Assembly (NCBI GenBank): GCA_002633005.1 | Contig: NMRA01000248.1 | Coordinates: 513,346 to 577,345, forward strand | Length of the DNA stretch: 64,000 nucleotides | Source: Phoronis australis | Lineage: Eukaryota > Animalia > Phoronida | Direction: 5' to 3' | Part shown: piece by piece, positions 12,501-27,500 of the stretch | Numbering within the stretch: position 1 is the stretch's first letter | Layout of the letters: every line of letters starts with the position of its first letter | Program-made: the position numbers and the translations under genes | Notes under the pieces: generated by a model | What the model saw: only the letters and a program-made list of their open reading frames with translations | Database searches by the model: none | Told to the model about the DNA's origin: nothing

Positions 12501-15500
12501 TCGAAATGGTATTTAACAATTATAGTGCATGGACAGGGTTTCACATGATGTGATCCAAATCAAACTTCCAAGTATTTGGCATAAGGTTGAGTTATAGGTA
12601 TATAAATATACTCTTTGGAACCCCTGTGGAGATGGTACTGGATCTCCCACTTGGTGTTAATAGACTTACCTTCCCATTCTCTACGTTATTGGTCAGCATC
12701 ACGATCCTCGTTATTTTCTCTTGCCATATCATTCGCCAAAAGTCTTTCACAGTGTTTCTGTTGGGACCTGGAGAGTGCAAAATACCGGCGGCTTTAAAGA
12801 ATTCCAAGGAAGAACACGTGCAATGAGTATTCATCACATGTTAAATTATTAACAAACCACGGATGCACGCACTAACAGTTGCCCCTCCGAGTTCATAGAG
12901 CTAGGCAAGCAAGACGTCGCCATACAACGCCATGAATTATGACATGGGCGGCGCATCATAGGGGGTGGGGTGGTGGTGGTATAGCCCCACTTTATCAGTG
13001 GTGCGCTGACCATGGGCTATGAGCGGTGCACCACAGGAGGGCTATAGCCCCAGCTTTTCAGTGCTGCGCCGCCCATGTACAAGGGGTATGTGTAACGTCA
13101 TGCCACTTTCATACGCGAGTATCCTGAGATACAGAACGCGCCCTTGCCTACGTTGTATTTGTCTCAAAAATAAGCTAAAAGTGTCTTAAGTGTAATTAGA
13201 CTTCATTGTAACGTATGCCTCTCATACTTACCCATTGCAGCAATGAATGCCTTGGGACGATTGTAAGCATCGATGTAGCTGGCGTTAACATAGTCTGAAT
13301 TAATGTCATGGGGCAGACGTTCAAGGACGACTCGATTTTTGTCATCTGAAAGATCCAAGCATTGTGTTGGAACATATGACGTACTTGGTTGTTGTCTGTA
13401 AAGCGACTAACACAAGAGAAGCAATAAATCAGAAAATATAATTGAAATTGTTAAAACATAGAAACGGCATTGTTCAACAAAAATCAACCCTTTTCAAAAG
13501 ACTTCAATAAATGAGAGGTAGGATTCAGTAACCGATGTCTGTTTCACATCTTCAGTTTGACAGAACTGCCTCAGTTTAGGCTACTGGCACGAAAAGCGAA
13601 TTTCGTGACTCCCACATCGAGTTGAATATTTGTAGCAGCTACAGACCCAAATAAAAATAAACAAATGAATGAGCAATTAACATTTTCTCTTTAAGACGAA
13701 TAGTACGCCAGCTTCAAGAGCAACACCCGGAAAAATTTACTACGCTTCTGAACTTAACAAAGCATCTACCTTCTATTTGTGTGACACAAACACAGCATTT
13801 AAATAAATATTTTACATGCTAAGATGTTCTTGAATCGGTTTTTCGTTTTATTCTTCTCCTTGAGACCCACAGTATGGGGAAAAATATGGCCACTGCGAAG
13901 GCTCTGAAAAAACAAAACACACAATACAGGCTCAAGCCACACAAAACATTGGTATAAACGTATTACACGAGATAGCATTTTCATACACTTCATACATTGC
14001 AAATGTACCATGTTTACGACCGCAATGCCGTCCACACTACGAGTTATCCGGGAAGGAGCTGCCACTAGGTCTGTTGCAGTGTGGACACTATTTCCACTGG
14101 AACAACTTATCCCGCATTAACCTGTTAGAGTAACTTCTTCTAGGGTAAGTCGTGATGTGAACGCAAACCTTTTGCAAATGCGGAAGTAATCACCAGATGT
14201 GCGCTTACTCTGTTGCATACGCTGGGTTGAGCAGTCATTTTTGTGTCATGGTGTAGGCCTAGCGAGTGTAGTGTGAACGCTCTGCTGAACAAAAGCAAGT
14301 TGCTCTGTGAAGAGTTGCTCAAGGGTAACCTATTGTGTGCGCACGACTACAGACATAGTAACATGAAGGATGAACATTAATTTAGAGCGCTTCAGCAAGT
14401 TTTTAGGAAGGCTGACGTAGTCAACTAGAATTATGTGAATGAAATGTTATGTAGTGCACGAACATACTAAACCAAGTACTTGCGGAATAGTTTAATTCAG
14501 CTTCGCCACGGAGAAAGAAAAGCGAAATCGCTACGCCAATTTTTGTAAGAATTCCCCTGCCAGCGACCTTAAAACAAGTCCTAGGCATCAAAATGTTAAA
14601 ATTACGCGCTGATTGGTTCAGGCAACGCCTTAATCTAGCAACAGATTGAGGCAACAGGTCTACCCGTCGAATTTATAAATTATGCCAAAAGTGTAGGTAC
14701 CTCGTATTCCTTAACTATGCCGTCATTTAAGGCGCGTCCGACATACGACACTAAGTCTTCCAATTTGATTGATTTATTGAGGTTTTCGTAAACTGGCTGC
14801 TCGTGAAGAGGGCTGGAGGGTTGTGGATTTTCATTCAGTAGTATCGCATTTTCGTGGTCGGTGAGAGCGTCTGAAATAAGTTTCAGAACATTACTGTTAA
14901 AAGCATTGTTACGACATATATTTGATGCAATATAACAACTTTTAAAACAAAAAATGTTCTGTAAGAACAACTTTCAGTATGAATGCCATTATGATTTAAC
15001 TGTCATTTCTATAACTACAGCCCCAATGGCTGTGAATAAATGAGCACAACCTGGTAAAGCATTACGCATGTTGATGACACTCGATAACATTCAAAAGAAT
15101 TGGCGCACTACACCAAATATCTTGACCTCCCATTAGCACTGACAAACTAATAAGTCAAAATATGAATAGCTAGAACTGACTAATACAGTGTACTAGTCAG
15201 GGAAAGTTTTTCTGGTGAAACCTATTGCAATAACGCTTCATATCAGGGGTCTTAAACGACTCCATTATGTAGCTTGATAAAGTTGTGTACCCGCATTACA
15301 CTTTTATTATTTGAAGCGATGTGTGTAACTTTTATTCCCTATCTGGTCGGGTAGAACGAGCTCGTTTACCTCTGTCGGCAATCAATCTAAACGAAGGCCA
15401 GATAGTGACGGAACTCTGCCAGTGCAGATACTGCGCCCTTGGCATTTCTCTGTACCAATGCAACCCTACTGATTGGACGAGAAAGCATGATTTGTGCACA

Positions 15501-18500
15501 AACCTCTCACCCTGTTCAGCTTGATTATCTTGACCAAAGTTATCATCAGCGCGTTTGGCAATCACCAATATTCGTAATGAACTTGTCTGATACCAGGGGG
15601 ATATTTCATGAAAAGTGACTAAAGTATTTAGACAGAAATGTGGAATTACGCTCCACACAGCTATTTTGGAAAGTCATAAAATCTCACCTGAGCAAAAATG
15701 CAGTCCATGAGAATATGCACATAAGGTAACTTCTAGTTAGGAGATAATTTGCATAAAGTATTTGTAGATTGTTATGCTCATAGTATTACTTGACTTGTCC
15801 ATCCAGTGTGAATTAATCCCGAACTTATCTAAAGTCTCGAGTCACTTTGCGTGAAACGGAAACTTACCAACCTCAACAAGACGTCCGTCAAGCTTACATG
15901 CGGCGAACACTACGAGAGACTCCATCATTTCGACCCACATAATTGGGCACGAACAATAATCACAACAACACACAGAATATGTTAGTATATAAGCACTTAC
16001 TATTTCTTTCAATGATGTCTACTTGAAGACCAGTCACGCTCTTTTGTGCAGCCCCATGTCTTCGTCTGAAAATGAACAGATGGAAAGTGAGATTGAATTT
16101 CAGCTATATACCTCTAGTGTCTCGTCATTATTTGAATTGTACGGAAGCTTAAGGGGTAGCCACAACAACACAGATTTCAACTCACTCAACAACTAAAAAT
16201 GGTTTCAAAGGAAAGGCTTATTATTTTTTTCTACAGGAAACACTTATGAAAAAAGGCGTAATTTGGTATTTTAGCTGATTTTTCAAAAATATTTATTCTA
16301 AGTCTAAGTCGTCGACTTTCACTTATATATGTGATTTGCGCTTAATAACGCTGGTACTTAAAAAAGGTTTTATGATTCAAAGAAATCTCCAAACGCCAGG
16401 AATCTCATTCTCTACCCGAAATTATTGACGTTACTATAACTTGTTAACCATATTTCATTTATTTGTGTTTCTGTAAAATCTACACTAACTAAATGTTTCG
16501 GTGTATAACACTGTGTATGGGTAATAAGCCATGTGTTCTCACCTCCATCTAATGAAACCCACCAAAGCTAGCACGAATACAACCAATACTGTTGCAACTC
16601 CGCCACCAATAGCGCCGCGGGCCTGTCTGTCTTCTTTAAAGTTCTTTGCTGAGATCAAAGGGAAGTGTTAGCTTGAAACACATATGTACTGCAGTGACAA
16701 TACACAATGAAAAAGCTCCTCTTATGTATCAGACTAGGGCTTGAGTTTGAAGGAGACAGCCATCAATGTAAAGGCTACGTGAGGTAGTGTACATGGCTTC
16801 TTATTGGTTGACAGGAAGAGTAATATTCAACATTCTAATTGGGTAATGATATGATACTCATCATATTACCCTGTGTATTAAGAAATGCCTTTGTGGCTTG
16901 CTGTTGGTGCAAACACAAGAATACACTAAATCACAGGTTTTTGTTTCCGACACAATCAATATTACAAGGCATCAAACAAAACAACGAAAAGATTCCCTGT
17001 ACTTTTCGGCTTATTCGGCGTAGGATACGTGTTCACGAAACCTTTAAACTACGTGTACCGCTGTATGCTGGCAAGAAAGTAACTAAACTATCCGATATCG
17101 ATATCCAGCATAACGAAACGACATTTTGACGAGTCACGATATTTGTCTAGTTGAAATAAAGCACAGCTATTTTATGTTCAAATCATTTGAGGCCGATTAA
17201 GCTTGCTGTTATTTCACAAACTATGCATTTTAACCACGGAAATGTGACAGCCAGCTCTCTCTGGAGACAGCCTGGCGCTCTTGGATGTAACGGTGCTCCG
17301 TGCCAAGATGAAAATCCACCGTCAGAGGCCACGCTGCTTCTGCACACTCAGATGTATGTTCTCGCCATTTTTGCCAACAGGGGGCTGTAACTAGTAATCT
17401 TGTGATTGTTCCAACAACACAAGGGTACGTCAGGTGAGAAGGAAGCATCGAATTGTTGGCATGCTTCTTTATGAAAGCATACTTATCTACATAATGCCTT
17501 CAAAAAACTAAGAGAAGTGGCTGAAAGATGGTGAGATATACTTCTAAAATAAAAACTGTGACATCGGTACTTTTTAAAACGATGTTACCGGTAAATAAAC
17601 TGTTTTCAATACAACTGTCGATATCGAGTAACTCTATGCAGCTCCAGTTCAAACTAAGTTATGTGCACTAATTTTGATCATCATCACATGACCAGATCTT
17701 CAATTGGATGACGCTGTGACAGACGCTAGAACGGCGGAAGGGGGAGATGGATGGAGAGGACGAGAGAGAGAAGAGTGCGTAGGGCTAGATGTTCCAACCG
17801 CATATACTTGAATGCCAACGTACGGGTTCGTGATTTCATGGATACCCGGATGTTCCACTCAAATACAGGGAATTTTGAAGTCTTTTTACATCGTGCTGGC
17901 ACGAGATTAATTAACCACAAATGATCGTAAATACTTGCAACTGATATCGCGTGGTTACGCGAACAAGAACTCTTGTTTCTGGTTTGCACCACGACTTGAA
18001 TTAAAAACATAAAATCTATATAACCCTCACCTTCTATATAGTCTTTGACAAGCAATCCTTCGAATTCAAAAGCTTGAAAATAGCTTTTATTCTCCTAAAA
18101 CAAAAGAAACCAAAAAAAAAACTAAATTATTTTACAAAAGCAGGGTACGTATATTGTATATCGTCTTAAAATGAAGAACCTCGTACATCAAGCAGATCTA
18201 GGAACCAATATTGCTTCCTAGAGCAGATCGATCAAAATCAATGACTAACTTAATCAATCCAATATCGGGCAGCAGCCTAACTAACTCCCGTAGAGAAACC
18301 AAGAACTTTCCCAATATGACCAAACCAAAAATCTCAAAACACTCTGCGTCTCGATAGACTGGTCATAAGACACCTCTTTCAAATTTTAATACGACACTGC
18401 CACTTAGCTCAACACAGGCATCTCATTGGCTAAAGAGAACGCTACTGGATGGCACTATTACATTCCTACAACATATTGTGCATGACAATATAAGGAAAAT

Positions 18501-21500
18501 CACGCCCATTTTCTGAGAAGATACAGACAGACTTGGAAATGTTCTTTCACAAGCAACTTGTTGATCGATAACACGGCTCAAGTGAGTTTTAGCTCACTGA
18601 CAGGTGTTTTGCACTATGTGCCCAACCCCGCGGCCTGCGTACATATGGTGTACCGCAAATGACATCAGACCGATTGCACTCTTCATTTTAAGCAAATCAA
18701 TATCTTACGAAGGCACACTTAATTTTGAATTCAAGTCCTATTCTTTCTGGAGCAAACAAGAGAGCAGTGGCGAGGTCAGCGTTAAAACACTGACTGATAG
18801 CCTATACAATTACATATCAAAATTGATTTACAGCCTAAATTATACAGAACATTTCGGCATTGCACACCGACTCGTGAAGTTTTTTTCACCGTGCAGGTTT
18901 AAAGTCTTGTAGAGTTGTATAAAATATATAGGATAGCACAGACACCAAAGGGTATCATGCTCAATGGCCAAACTAACCCAAAACAAAAGGAAAACCCATT
19001 CCATCACTTTGCTTCAATTATTACTGGTGACTTCTTTAATCATCCAAATACTTACGAATTCGTTCTGAACGAAAACACCGATCAGGAATCTGTATCTATT
19101 TCCCGCTATGAGTGGCACATTTTTATATCCACCGTACGTCTTTTGGTCCCCTACAACGAATGTCTCCATTGTTTCGGCCTGTGCTGTGGTCAAATTAGCG
19201 GCTATATAATGGGAATCGCCACTAGACGTCGCCTCCTTATAATCTTTTAACACGGAGACATCGATAGCTTCTCTCCTTTTGCGGGTCGATATTTTCTCCA
19301 TTTCAACGACAATGAGATAAAACCTGTTTCCAAGGAAATTAAGATATTGGAACAAAGTCATTTTTTAACTGATGGACGACAAACTTAGTCCCTTCCGTCT
19401 CAGCCTGGAAATAGAGGTCATTTTGCGGGAGCAAACTGTGACGTGGGTGACGGAGATAAAGAGAATATGATTTTTAACACAACGTTGTAAACGTTGCTGT
19501 TCACTAAGTATGCAGACATGGGTGCATATTATATGAAAAACAGTGCATGTGCCTTGCAGTATTTTGAAGAAGCTTCTGTTAACAAAACAATGAACTTTCC
19601 AAGCAACACCTATTTCAGAGGGTAACCTTCTTCAAGTGGCGCCGCTAAGACGTTTGTTTAATTACTCACGCCACCCAGCGACAAGAGATCCATACGACGG
19701 TCAACACGTTTTTGGAGATATCCCGAGATCACGGAGCTCGTTAATGCTCAAATGCCTAACAACAAGTTAAGCCGATATAGATGACACGACAATAGGTTCA
19801 CAGTTATATCATATTTTCATAATCTGTCATGAACATCCGACAATTAAACAATGCAATATTCTGCTCATAGTGTGATTGGAATCTAGTCCTGACAGCTAAG
19901 AGGCAATAGGTTCCCATTATAGCATCCAGTGTCTTTCAGTATACATTCATAATCCTACACGAATCTCAGGTTTATGACTTGGGCAAAAACTCTTGTCTTA
20001 AACCTGAGACGAGTGAAGGATTTGTTTTCTCACATGAACCGAAAAACTCGACGTGTCTAAAACGTTCAACCATGTGACACAACTTTTGTAAAAAAAAACA
20101 CGCTTGTGCAACGTAAATAAACTCATTTACTTTTTGTCAATAGTTTTATTACAAACTTAACAATTGTAAACAGCATTAATAAAAAAATCTCAAGTTACAA
20201 TCTAATAAATATTCTTAATATTCTTTGAGGTTGTAATATTAAGACTCTACGAATGTTTATAAATAACAGTTAACATGACTACCCCGGAAGTGAGCCTGAA
20301 TTGACCTTGAGACAGCACAGCTAGACAGTCTCATTGCGTTTCTTGAGTTGGGGTTCGTCTTCGTTTGAATGAATGTATATATGGAATTCGCCGTAGAATA
20401 TGGATCCTGTTTACGGAGATGTTTGCTTGTCCTTCAAACTCGGATTTCCGGCATTGTCTGGTTGGCGCACGTTTGATTGTTGGTATTAGTGTTTTGCAGG
20501 CGATAAAATGTAAGGCGTGTGGGTTTCTACTCTGCACTAATTTGTGATTCACCCATGTAACATCAAAAAGTTACGTACCAACCGAGGCCTTAAAGTCAGG
20601 AATGTCCTAAAGTAGTGAATCATCTCGTTTCCGCTTCTGCAAGATCGCGCAACATCATTGTTGAAGCTTACAGAGTTCTTCTACTTACGATTATCAAAAG
20701 AGTACCGGGACACGTATTTGTTTATAATGCGAATCAAAACAGTGTGTTCAGAGTTTATTTTCAAAAACGATACTTAAAACAGCACATTTTACTAAATGCA
20801 TTTTTTACCTATTTTCACACCATTAGTTCGTAACCAACTAATGTTCAGATTTGATATAAAAGGCAATCCAGGGATTGCTTAAACGATGCATGAAAATATC
20901 ACAGGATCGATCACAACTTGTAATGCCAGAGGAACAAAGCACATGCTTTAACGTTGCTTAAAGAACGCTAACTCACTAAAGACGTCACTGTACACATTTA
21001 TGTCACCCGAAACCTAAAAAATGTACACCTTTACACAAATTCTATGTGCATTTTTACTTTGTATTTTTTACTTGTTGATGCAGAAACATGCCAAAACACA
21101 AAGGAAGCAAAAAGGAGCGCATAATATGGCTGTAAAAATCAACACAGAAAGCTGAGACAGTACGATTTAGGCAATTAATAAAGTAGGTGAGTATGGCATG
21201 TCTTTGACGGCAAGCAAAACCTACATAAAGGCGCTGTCTCCTGAAAATCGTCAATTGGCTTTCCGAAAGTCCGGAATATATCTGTTTGACAACATCAGTG
21301 TCCCCCCTGAAAGCATCAATCCTTCGACAACGTTCTTGCCAACCACTGGTGGAAGTGACTACGTTGAAAATTATTTTCTTACTAAACGGTTGGAAAGGTG
21401 TACAAAAGCAAAGAGGCTATTGCTAAGTGACCAAGCACGTTCAAGCAGTTCTGCAAGTTTGTATAGTAAGGTGCTGACAGTGAATGTAGAAATGCTGAAA

Positions 21501-24500
21501 AAGAGAAAGAACAGAAGGAAAGGCACAGGTGACAAAAAATCACAAGAGACAAAAAACAAACAAGTGATAAAAAGTCGAAGGCATGTGAAGAGATTTAGCG
21601 CAACAAAGACAAGTTCGGAAACCGTGAAATGATGATGAACCATGTTCATCAGAGATTTACCATACAAACGTTTATTGTTAGATATTTAATGTTAACTGGT
21701 CTAATTATAATTTGAAATACAAACGTCTTTTTTTCTTAACTAAAATTGTTGTTTACAAAAGTCACATTTTTGATTGGCCTTATTCTGTTTTCCCATCTAC
21801 AAGAAAGAGGACGACATGGTCACGACTTTAGGGCCTTAAAGAGAATGGCTGGCGTTTTCATACGTCTTGCAAAAACTCCGTCTGTGGATTGAAAACGATT
21901 TTTAACTGTGAGTACAGTTGAGTATTTGGGAGGATTTAATGTAATAACAAAAAGTTACGGAAAGAGATTGGTGGGTACGCCAACAAACCGACCAAGAGCT
22001 TACGTTCACGACTTCAGGTCCTCGGTGTGTATTCGGTGTTATTAAGCAGTGGTATCATAACACACTCTAGGTCACGTGAGAAACTTTATAATGCACACTT
22101 GATCACTTGGTATTAAACAGGATTCGCAGTCTACACTTTTCGCTTAAAGTAGGAAACTGGAAGTGGGAAATCCTTCGTCTACCAACAAAACTGTTGACTT
22201 ACTTGATATTATTATTGTTTGGATAACCCACGACTGTTACAATAGGTAGTGTTACAGTGGTTGACGTCATTTCGTCCTTGTCTATCTTCGAAAGGTGAAG
22301 CCTTGGTACATCTGGATAATTATACGAGCTTGGTTTACTTCTTATAATTTACCTATGAAATACTGCACCTCTGACACTCATGTATAAAAACAGTACCGAC
22401 GGCCTGACAAGAGAAGTAGGACCACGTCTACCACTTATCGTTGATTAACTTAAAAGTGTCACAACTCCAAAGCCAATATGACGGACATCCTCTGCATATG
22501 TAGTACAACATATTCTTTTTGATGTTTCCACGATAATACTTCAATGAAACAGTTACCGGTATGGAGCCCCCGATTTCAAGGGTCCAGAGGTGACTTAATT
22601 AACTATTAAACACACTGGGATATCCACCAAACTATTGAGATATCCAAGAATCCAAGTCTTTGAGCGTATTGATAAATATGTAACCATTCATATTCGATAG
22701 ACGTCATACAAATGTATCGGCAAAAAAATTCTGTTGTGAAAATTGTGCTCGTTGGCAGAAACGAAGCTCATTTCTTTCATTCACGAATATCTTGAAACGG
22801 ACGTCTTTGTGCGAATCGTTTGAATAAACGACCGTACAACAGCAATCGTTAGAGGGCAAGACGATCGCAAAGAATTTATAAAATAGGCTGTCCTGCCCCC
22901 TGTTAGCCAATTTCCGGAAATGAAATGGAATTGTTAACACTTTTGCGTGCTAGAAAAATGAAAGATGTGAAACCGGTGAGTGCATTGTGAATATTTACCA
23001 GACAAACTTGTCCAGCAGAATGTAGCCGCCGGTGGTCCAAAGCCAAGTGAAGTTCTCGCCGCCACTCGCATGGTATAACGTGTCCCTGGCTTCAGATCGG
23101 AGAGGACAAGCATCCGGATACTTGGTCCCACGGTCACTGGCAACAGACTTTCGTTTTCAGCATTTCCAGATATCTAAAAACAAATAACTCGTTGTGGTCG
23201 AAATACTTTTGTGGACTGTTATCAATGAGATAAAATTTGTTGCATAGATGTCATAAAAGTATCGGCGACACGGAAGAAACACAACACATATTAAGTTATC
23301 ACTTAACGCCTGTTTGCCCTCCGTTCACTTCTCAATGTTCCTCTTGCAGATCATTTCTACTGTATCATCTACTCAAACAACTGAATCATGCGTACAAACC
23401 ACGACATTACGCAAGTTACGTACGAACAGAAATTTTACATAAGAACCACAAATTAATCGAACAAACAAATCAAATGCACAAAACATTAGAATGCGAAAAG
23501 TTTATTTTGCTTTCCCTTTGCATCATTTCTGTTCGTGATTTGTTCGTCTTTCAATTGTTCGATCGAATGATGCAGGGGTTCTGGCGGTCGCTTCGAAGCT
23601 CGCCCGATTGTCTAGCATCTATCGGACCAATTGACGAATGTCATTGTACTGTTGCGCATGCATTTCTCTGCGTCAGATCACGTGTTATTATCGCTCAATT
23701 TTATTGGTACCCACACACCAACAACTAGAAAGAGCTTGCTTACATCGTATCTCGAACGACACAGAAGTTATCTTCGCAGTTTGTTTTCCCCGTTTTGAAA
23801 TTTTTGGAAGTACAAGGTATTGGACAAAAAAACCACATTACAACACGTGCGTGGAAATTGTCATCAAATAATCACAACTACCGATTTTCACTACCGTAAT
23901 GTAAATATAGGAAGTCAACATACCATATATTGTGTTAAGAATCCATTTTTCCGACGTGGTTCAACCCAGTGAACAGTAAGTGAGTTTGGTGTTCTGTCCT
24001 TGCACAAAACGTAATCTGGCATTTCCGGAACTGAAAGTGATGCAAGCGTATTTGGCTTCTCCGTGAACATAACACACATGCGAGATACATGAACGAGAGA
24101 AAAGCGGTAAACATACAGTAATTGGCTTCTCCTCTGAACATAGCACACGTGCAAGGTACATAAACGAAGGACAAGCCGTATGCATGGAGAATTTTACTTT
24201 TCCTCTGAACAAAACATACGTGCAAGGTACATAAAGAAGGGAAAACGGTATTAGATTTTACTGAATGGTCAGATCAATTCCTGACCCTCCAGTGAATTCA
24301 AAACATAAAATATCAAGCTGTGCCTGAAATTGCCAAACATACGCCCATGGGCGTACTTTTCGTGGGCCAACTTTTGGAAATACCTGGTACACAAATCACT
24401 GTACGTGCTAAAGTGTTTGACATGCTATGTAGATCGTGCGACTTTACACAGACCACGTGAAGCCATCAATAACGTAGGTTTAATAAATACCTCCCTCTTC

Positions 24501-27500
24501 AACAGTCTGATAAATGGAACTGCTCCAACTGCCCCAGTGGGAAGTCTTTGCCCGAATCTGTAACACGGATATCACAAAATACACATCTCTTCTTCCCTCG
24601 TGAAATCGCACAAATCTCAAATTCATAATATTGGCACTGAAATACTGTAAGTGATGACCGGGGAGATGATGTTAGCTTCATGATTGAAATCATTGATAAA
24701 GATGTCTTCCAATGATAGACAGCACTTGAAGGAACATCTGGATGGCTATGATATACATTTGTCAAAATGATGCTAACTATTATTCACATACTCTACCATC
24801 TATTATCTTATCACAGAAGTTACAAAATGCACCGGAAGTCACCGCCTTGAACCAAAGTCCTCGTCTCACAACAAACCCCAACTCCTTTAAGTTATCACCT
24901 GGTTAGTGTTGAAGGAGTTGACCGTGTTTCCGACTCATTATGATGTTTCGAACATTAATCAGTCTAAAATCAAGTCAGACCTCATAGGAAGGCGATAAGA
25001 ATGACGAGTTAACCTCACCCTAAACTCGTATGTGTTCTTGATCTTCAAGTTAAGAAGCTTCAAAGAAGAACAATCCGTACACGTGGTTACGTTGTTGTCA
25101 TCAGTGTCGTTAAGACTTTGGTAATTAAGCTGATATTCCCGTATGACGCCGTTGGGGGGACACGGTGGCATCCATTCAATAATGGCGAATTTTGGGTTCA
25201 TGTCGACCACACTTAGGTTCTTCGGTGATGGTGGAGCTATATTGTTTTTGTAAAAACGATGAGATGAGGCACAGAATAAGACAACGATGGATAAGTTTAA
25301 ATGACAAAAGACGGATGGATTTTTAGTAAAACTGCACATTGTAATTGTAAAGAGGCATTCGTAAACTACTTAGGAAATGCATACACCACCGACAGATAGT
25401 CATCATGTCGTGATTATGAATGATATTGACTGTGACTTACATACGTGACAGAGGATTATATTTACAATTTGACGTTCGCTCCATGCAAGTTTAATATAAT
25501 TCCAAACCATTGGGCAGCTTTTTGTTCTAATTAAAATATACATAGAATAGCTATGAACAGGTTGAAACTTCAGACACGTTCAGTGTATGATAAAGCATCG
25601 GCAAACGTGACCATCAAAACTAACACTTGAGTTCACTGGTAACATTCATCATCCGTTGAAACTTCATACTTTAGTACAAGCTTGGTAGCCACACGATTGG
25701 TAAATTTTCAGCCAAGTCTTTGGCAAAAATTAATAGTCTCGGGCCCAGGTCTAGCGACGGCGAGTCTATTGACATATGAAAATTTAAATCTTACCACTTT
25801 CCTTAGTGATATTACGCATCCAAGCACTCCAAGGTCCAGCCCGCTCTCCATTTACGGCACGCAATCTGAAACTGTAGGTCACGTAGGGTTGGAGGCGGTC
25901 AAACTTTTTTGAAAATCCACTGGTTGAGTCGGAGAGAAACTCCTTAGAAAGACAAGATGAGGCTTGTCTTTTTAGTTGCCATTCAAAGTTTCGAACATGC
26001 CCATTACGTGATGAGCAGGGTAGACTTGGCCAGATGAACCTCAAGGTGTTAGTGGAACGTTCTGAAATCCTGACTTTTGTCGGTGGTTCAGATGGTTCTG
26101 AAATCAAAATGTAATCACCAAACATCAACAGCTTGTCAAATACATTATTTGTTTGAATGGTTCACAATACCAGAGCAGCCTTACAGTCCCATCGACACGT
26201 ATTGCTATACAGAAAAGTAATACGACACCAATTCATTTAGTTTCGAGAAAAAGCAGGAAGTATCACCGTCAATCAATAAACGTATGCATTTATACATTTC
26301 TGAGTTTCAATTTCAACAACTATAATTTTCAAACTCATCCACCTAAAGCTAAAGAGGGATTTATCTATTTTGTTTAAGACTTCTCTTGTCATTTGAACAG
26401 ACTGGACGAATTAACGATTATTTCAGAAGTTACTGAAAGAAATAAAGTACTGCAATAATGTTTACATCTCAACATCATCTACTAACCGTAACTATGTGTA
26501 TCCATGGTTACTGTTTCCTCCTCTCCATCCAACTTTTCCGTTCTAGCTCGTACACTAATTTTGTAACGTGAGTACGGACGTAGGTTGTCCAATGAAGTTG
26601 TTAGTTCAGTAGTGGTGGCCGTCTTGGTGTCCTCTGATGGTTGGTCTGCAGTACCGCACGCTAGCACTTTGATGAGCCTGCACTGGATTATGTAGCTTTT
26701 CACAGGACACCCGTTGTTAACTGGTGCTGCCCATGTTAGGTTGATTGTAGCATGCGTGATTGATGAGCTTACCAAAGTCCTTACTTTGTTGGCCTCTAGA
26801 GAAAAAGAATACCTTAAATGAATTTCAGTTAACCACTTTAGCTTCATTAAATTGTGTGTTTTATGGATCAAGCAGGTAAAAATATTTCAGAGTTAATTCA
26901 CCGCATCGACAGAGAAATATATAACAAATAGACCAGATTTAAAAGAGAGCTTCAGTGGGTCAACTAGTCATTGACCAATAAATAAGACAATGTTTTCATA
27001 AAAGTATCAAACCATCAACACCTACTCCTGGAACCAAAACAGCCTACAATGTGAGCATGAATTAAAATCATAGAATAACTTATTCGGAAGAGATTTTTAT
27101 ATTTAAAATTATTAATGTAATATTTACAATGATGGTAGCCCCAATCAGTTCACACTGCTTTCCATGGGGGCCCTCAGAAATATACAAAAGATTTCAAAAT
27201 AAGCTAAACATATTTTACCAGAACTTCTAGACAGAATGATTTGACATTTGAGTGAAACGCTTGTCACAATAAAATATCACATCACATCAGTCAAAATTAA
27301 GTCCAATTCAGTGAAGCGCTATTGCATCCAGCCTCACCCGGATACGGCGCAAGATTACATACAGAAGGTGACTAGAATTATCTTTTTATTGGAGTTTTCT
27401 ACAACCAAGTCCGTGGCGTGCATTGGAAAAATGTCAGTAACGAGACAAAAAGTCAAGTCCCCGAGCTATCTGTTAGCGATTTTTCGCAAGCCGACACGGA

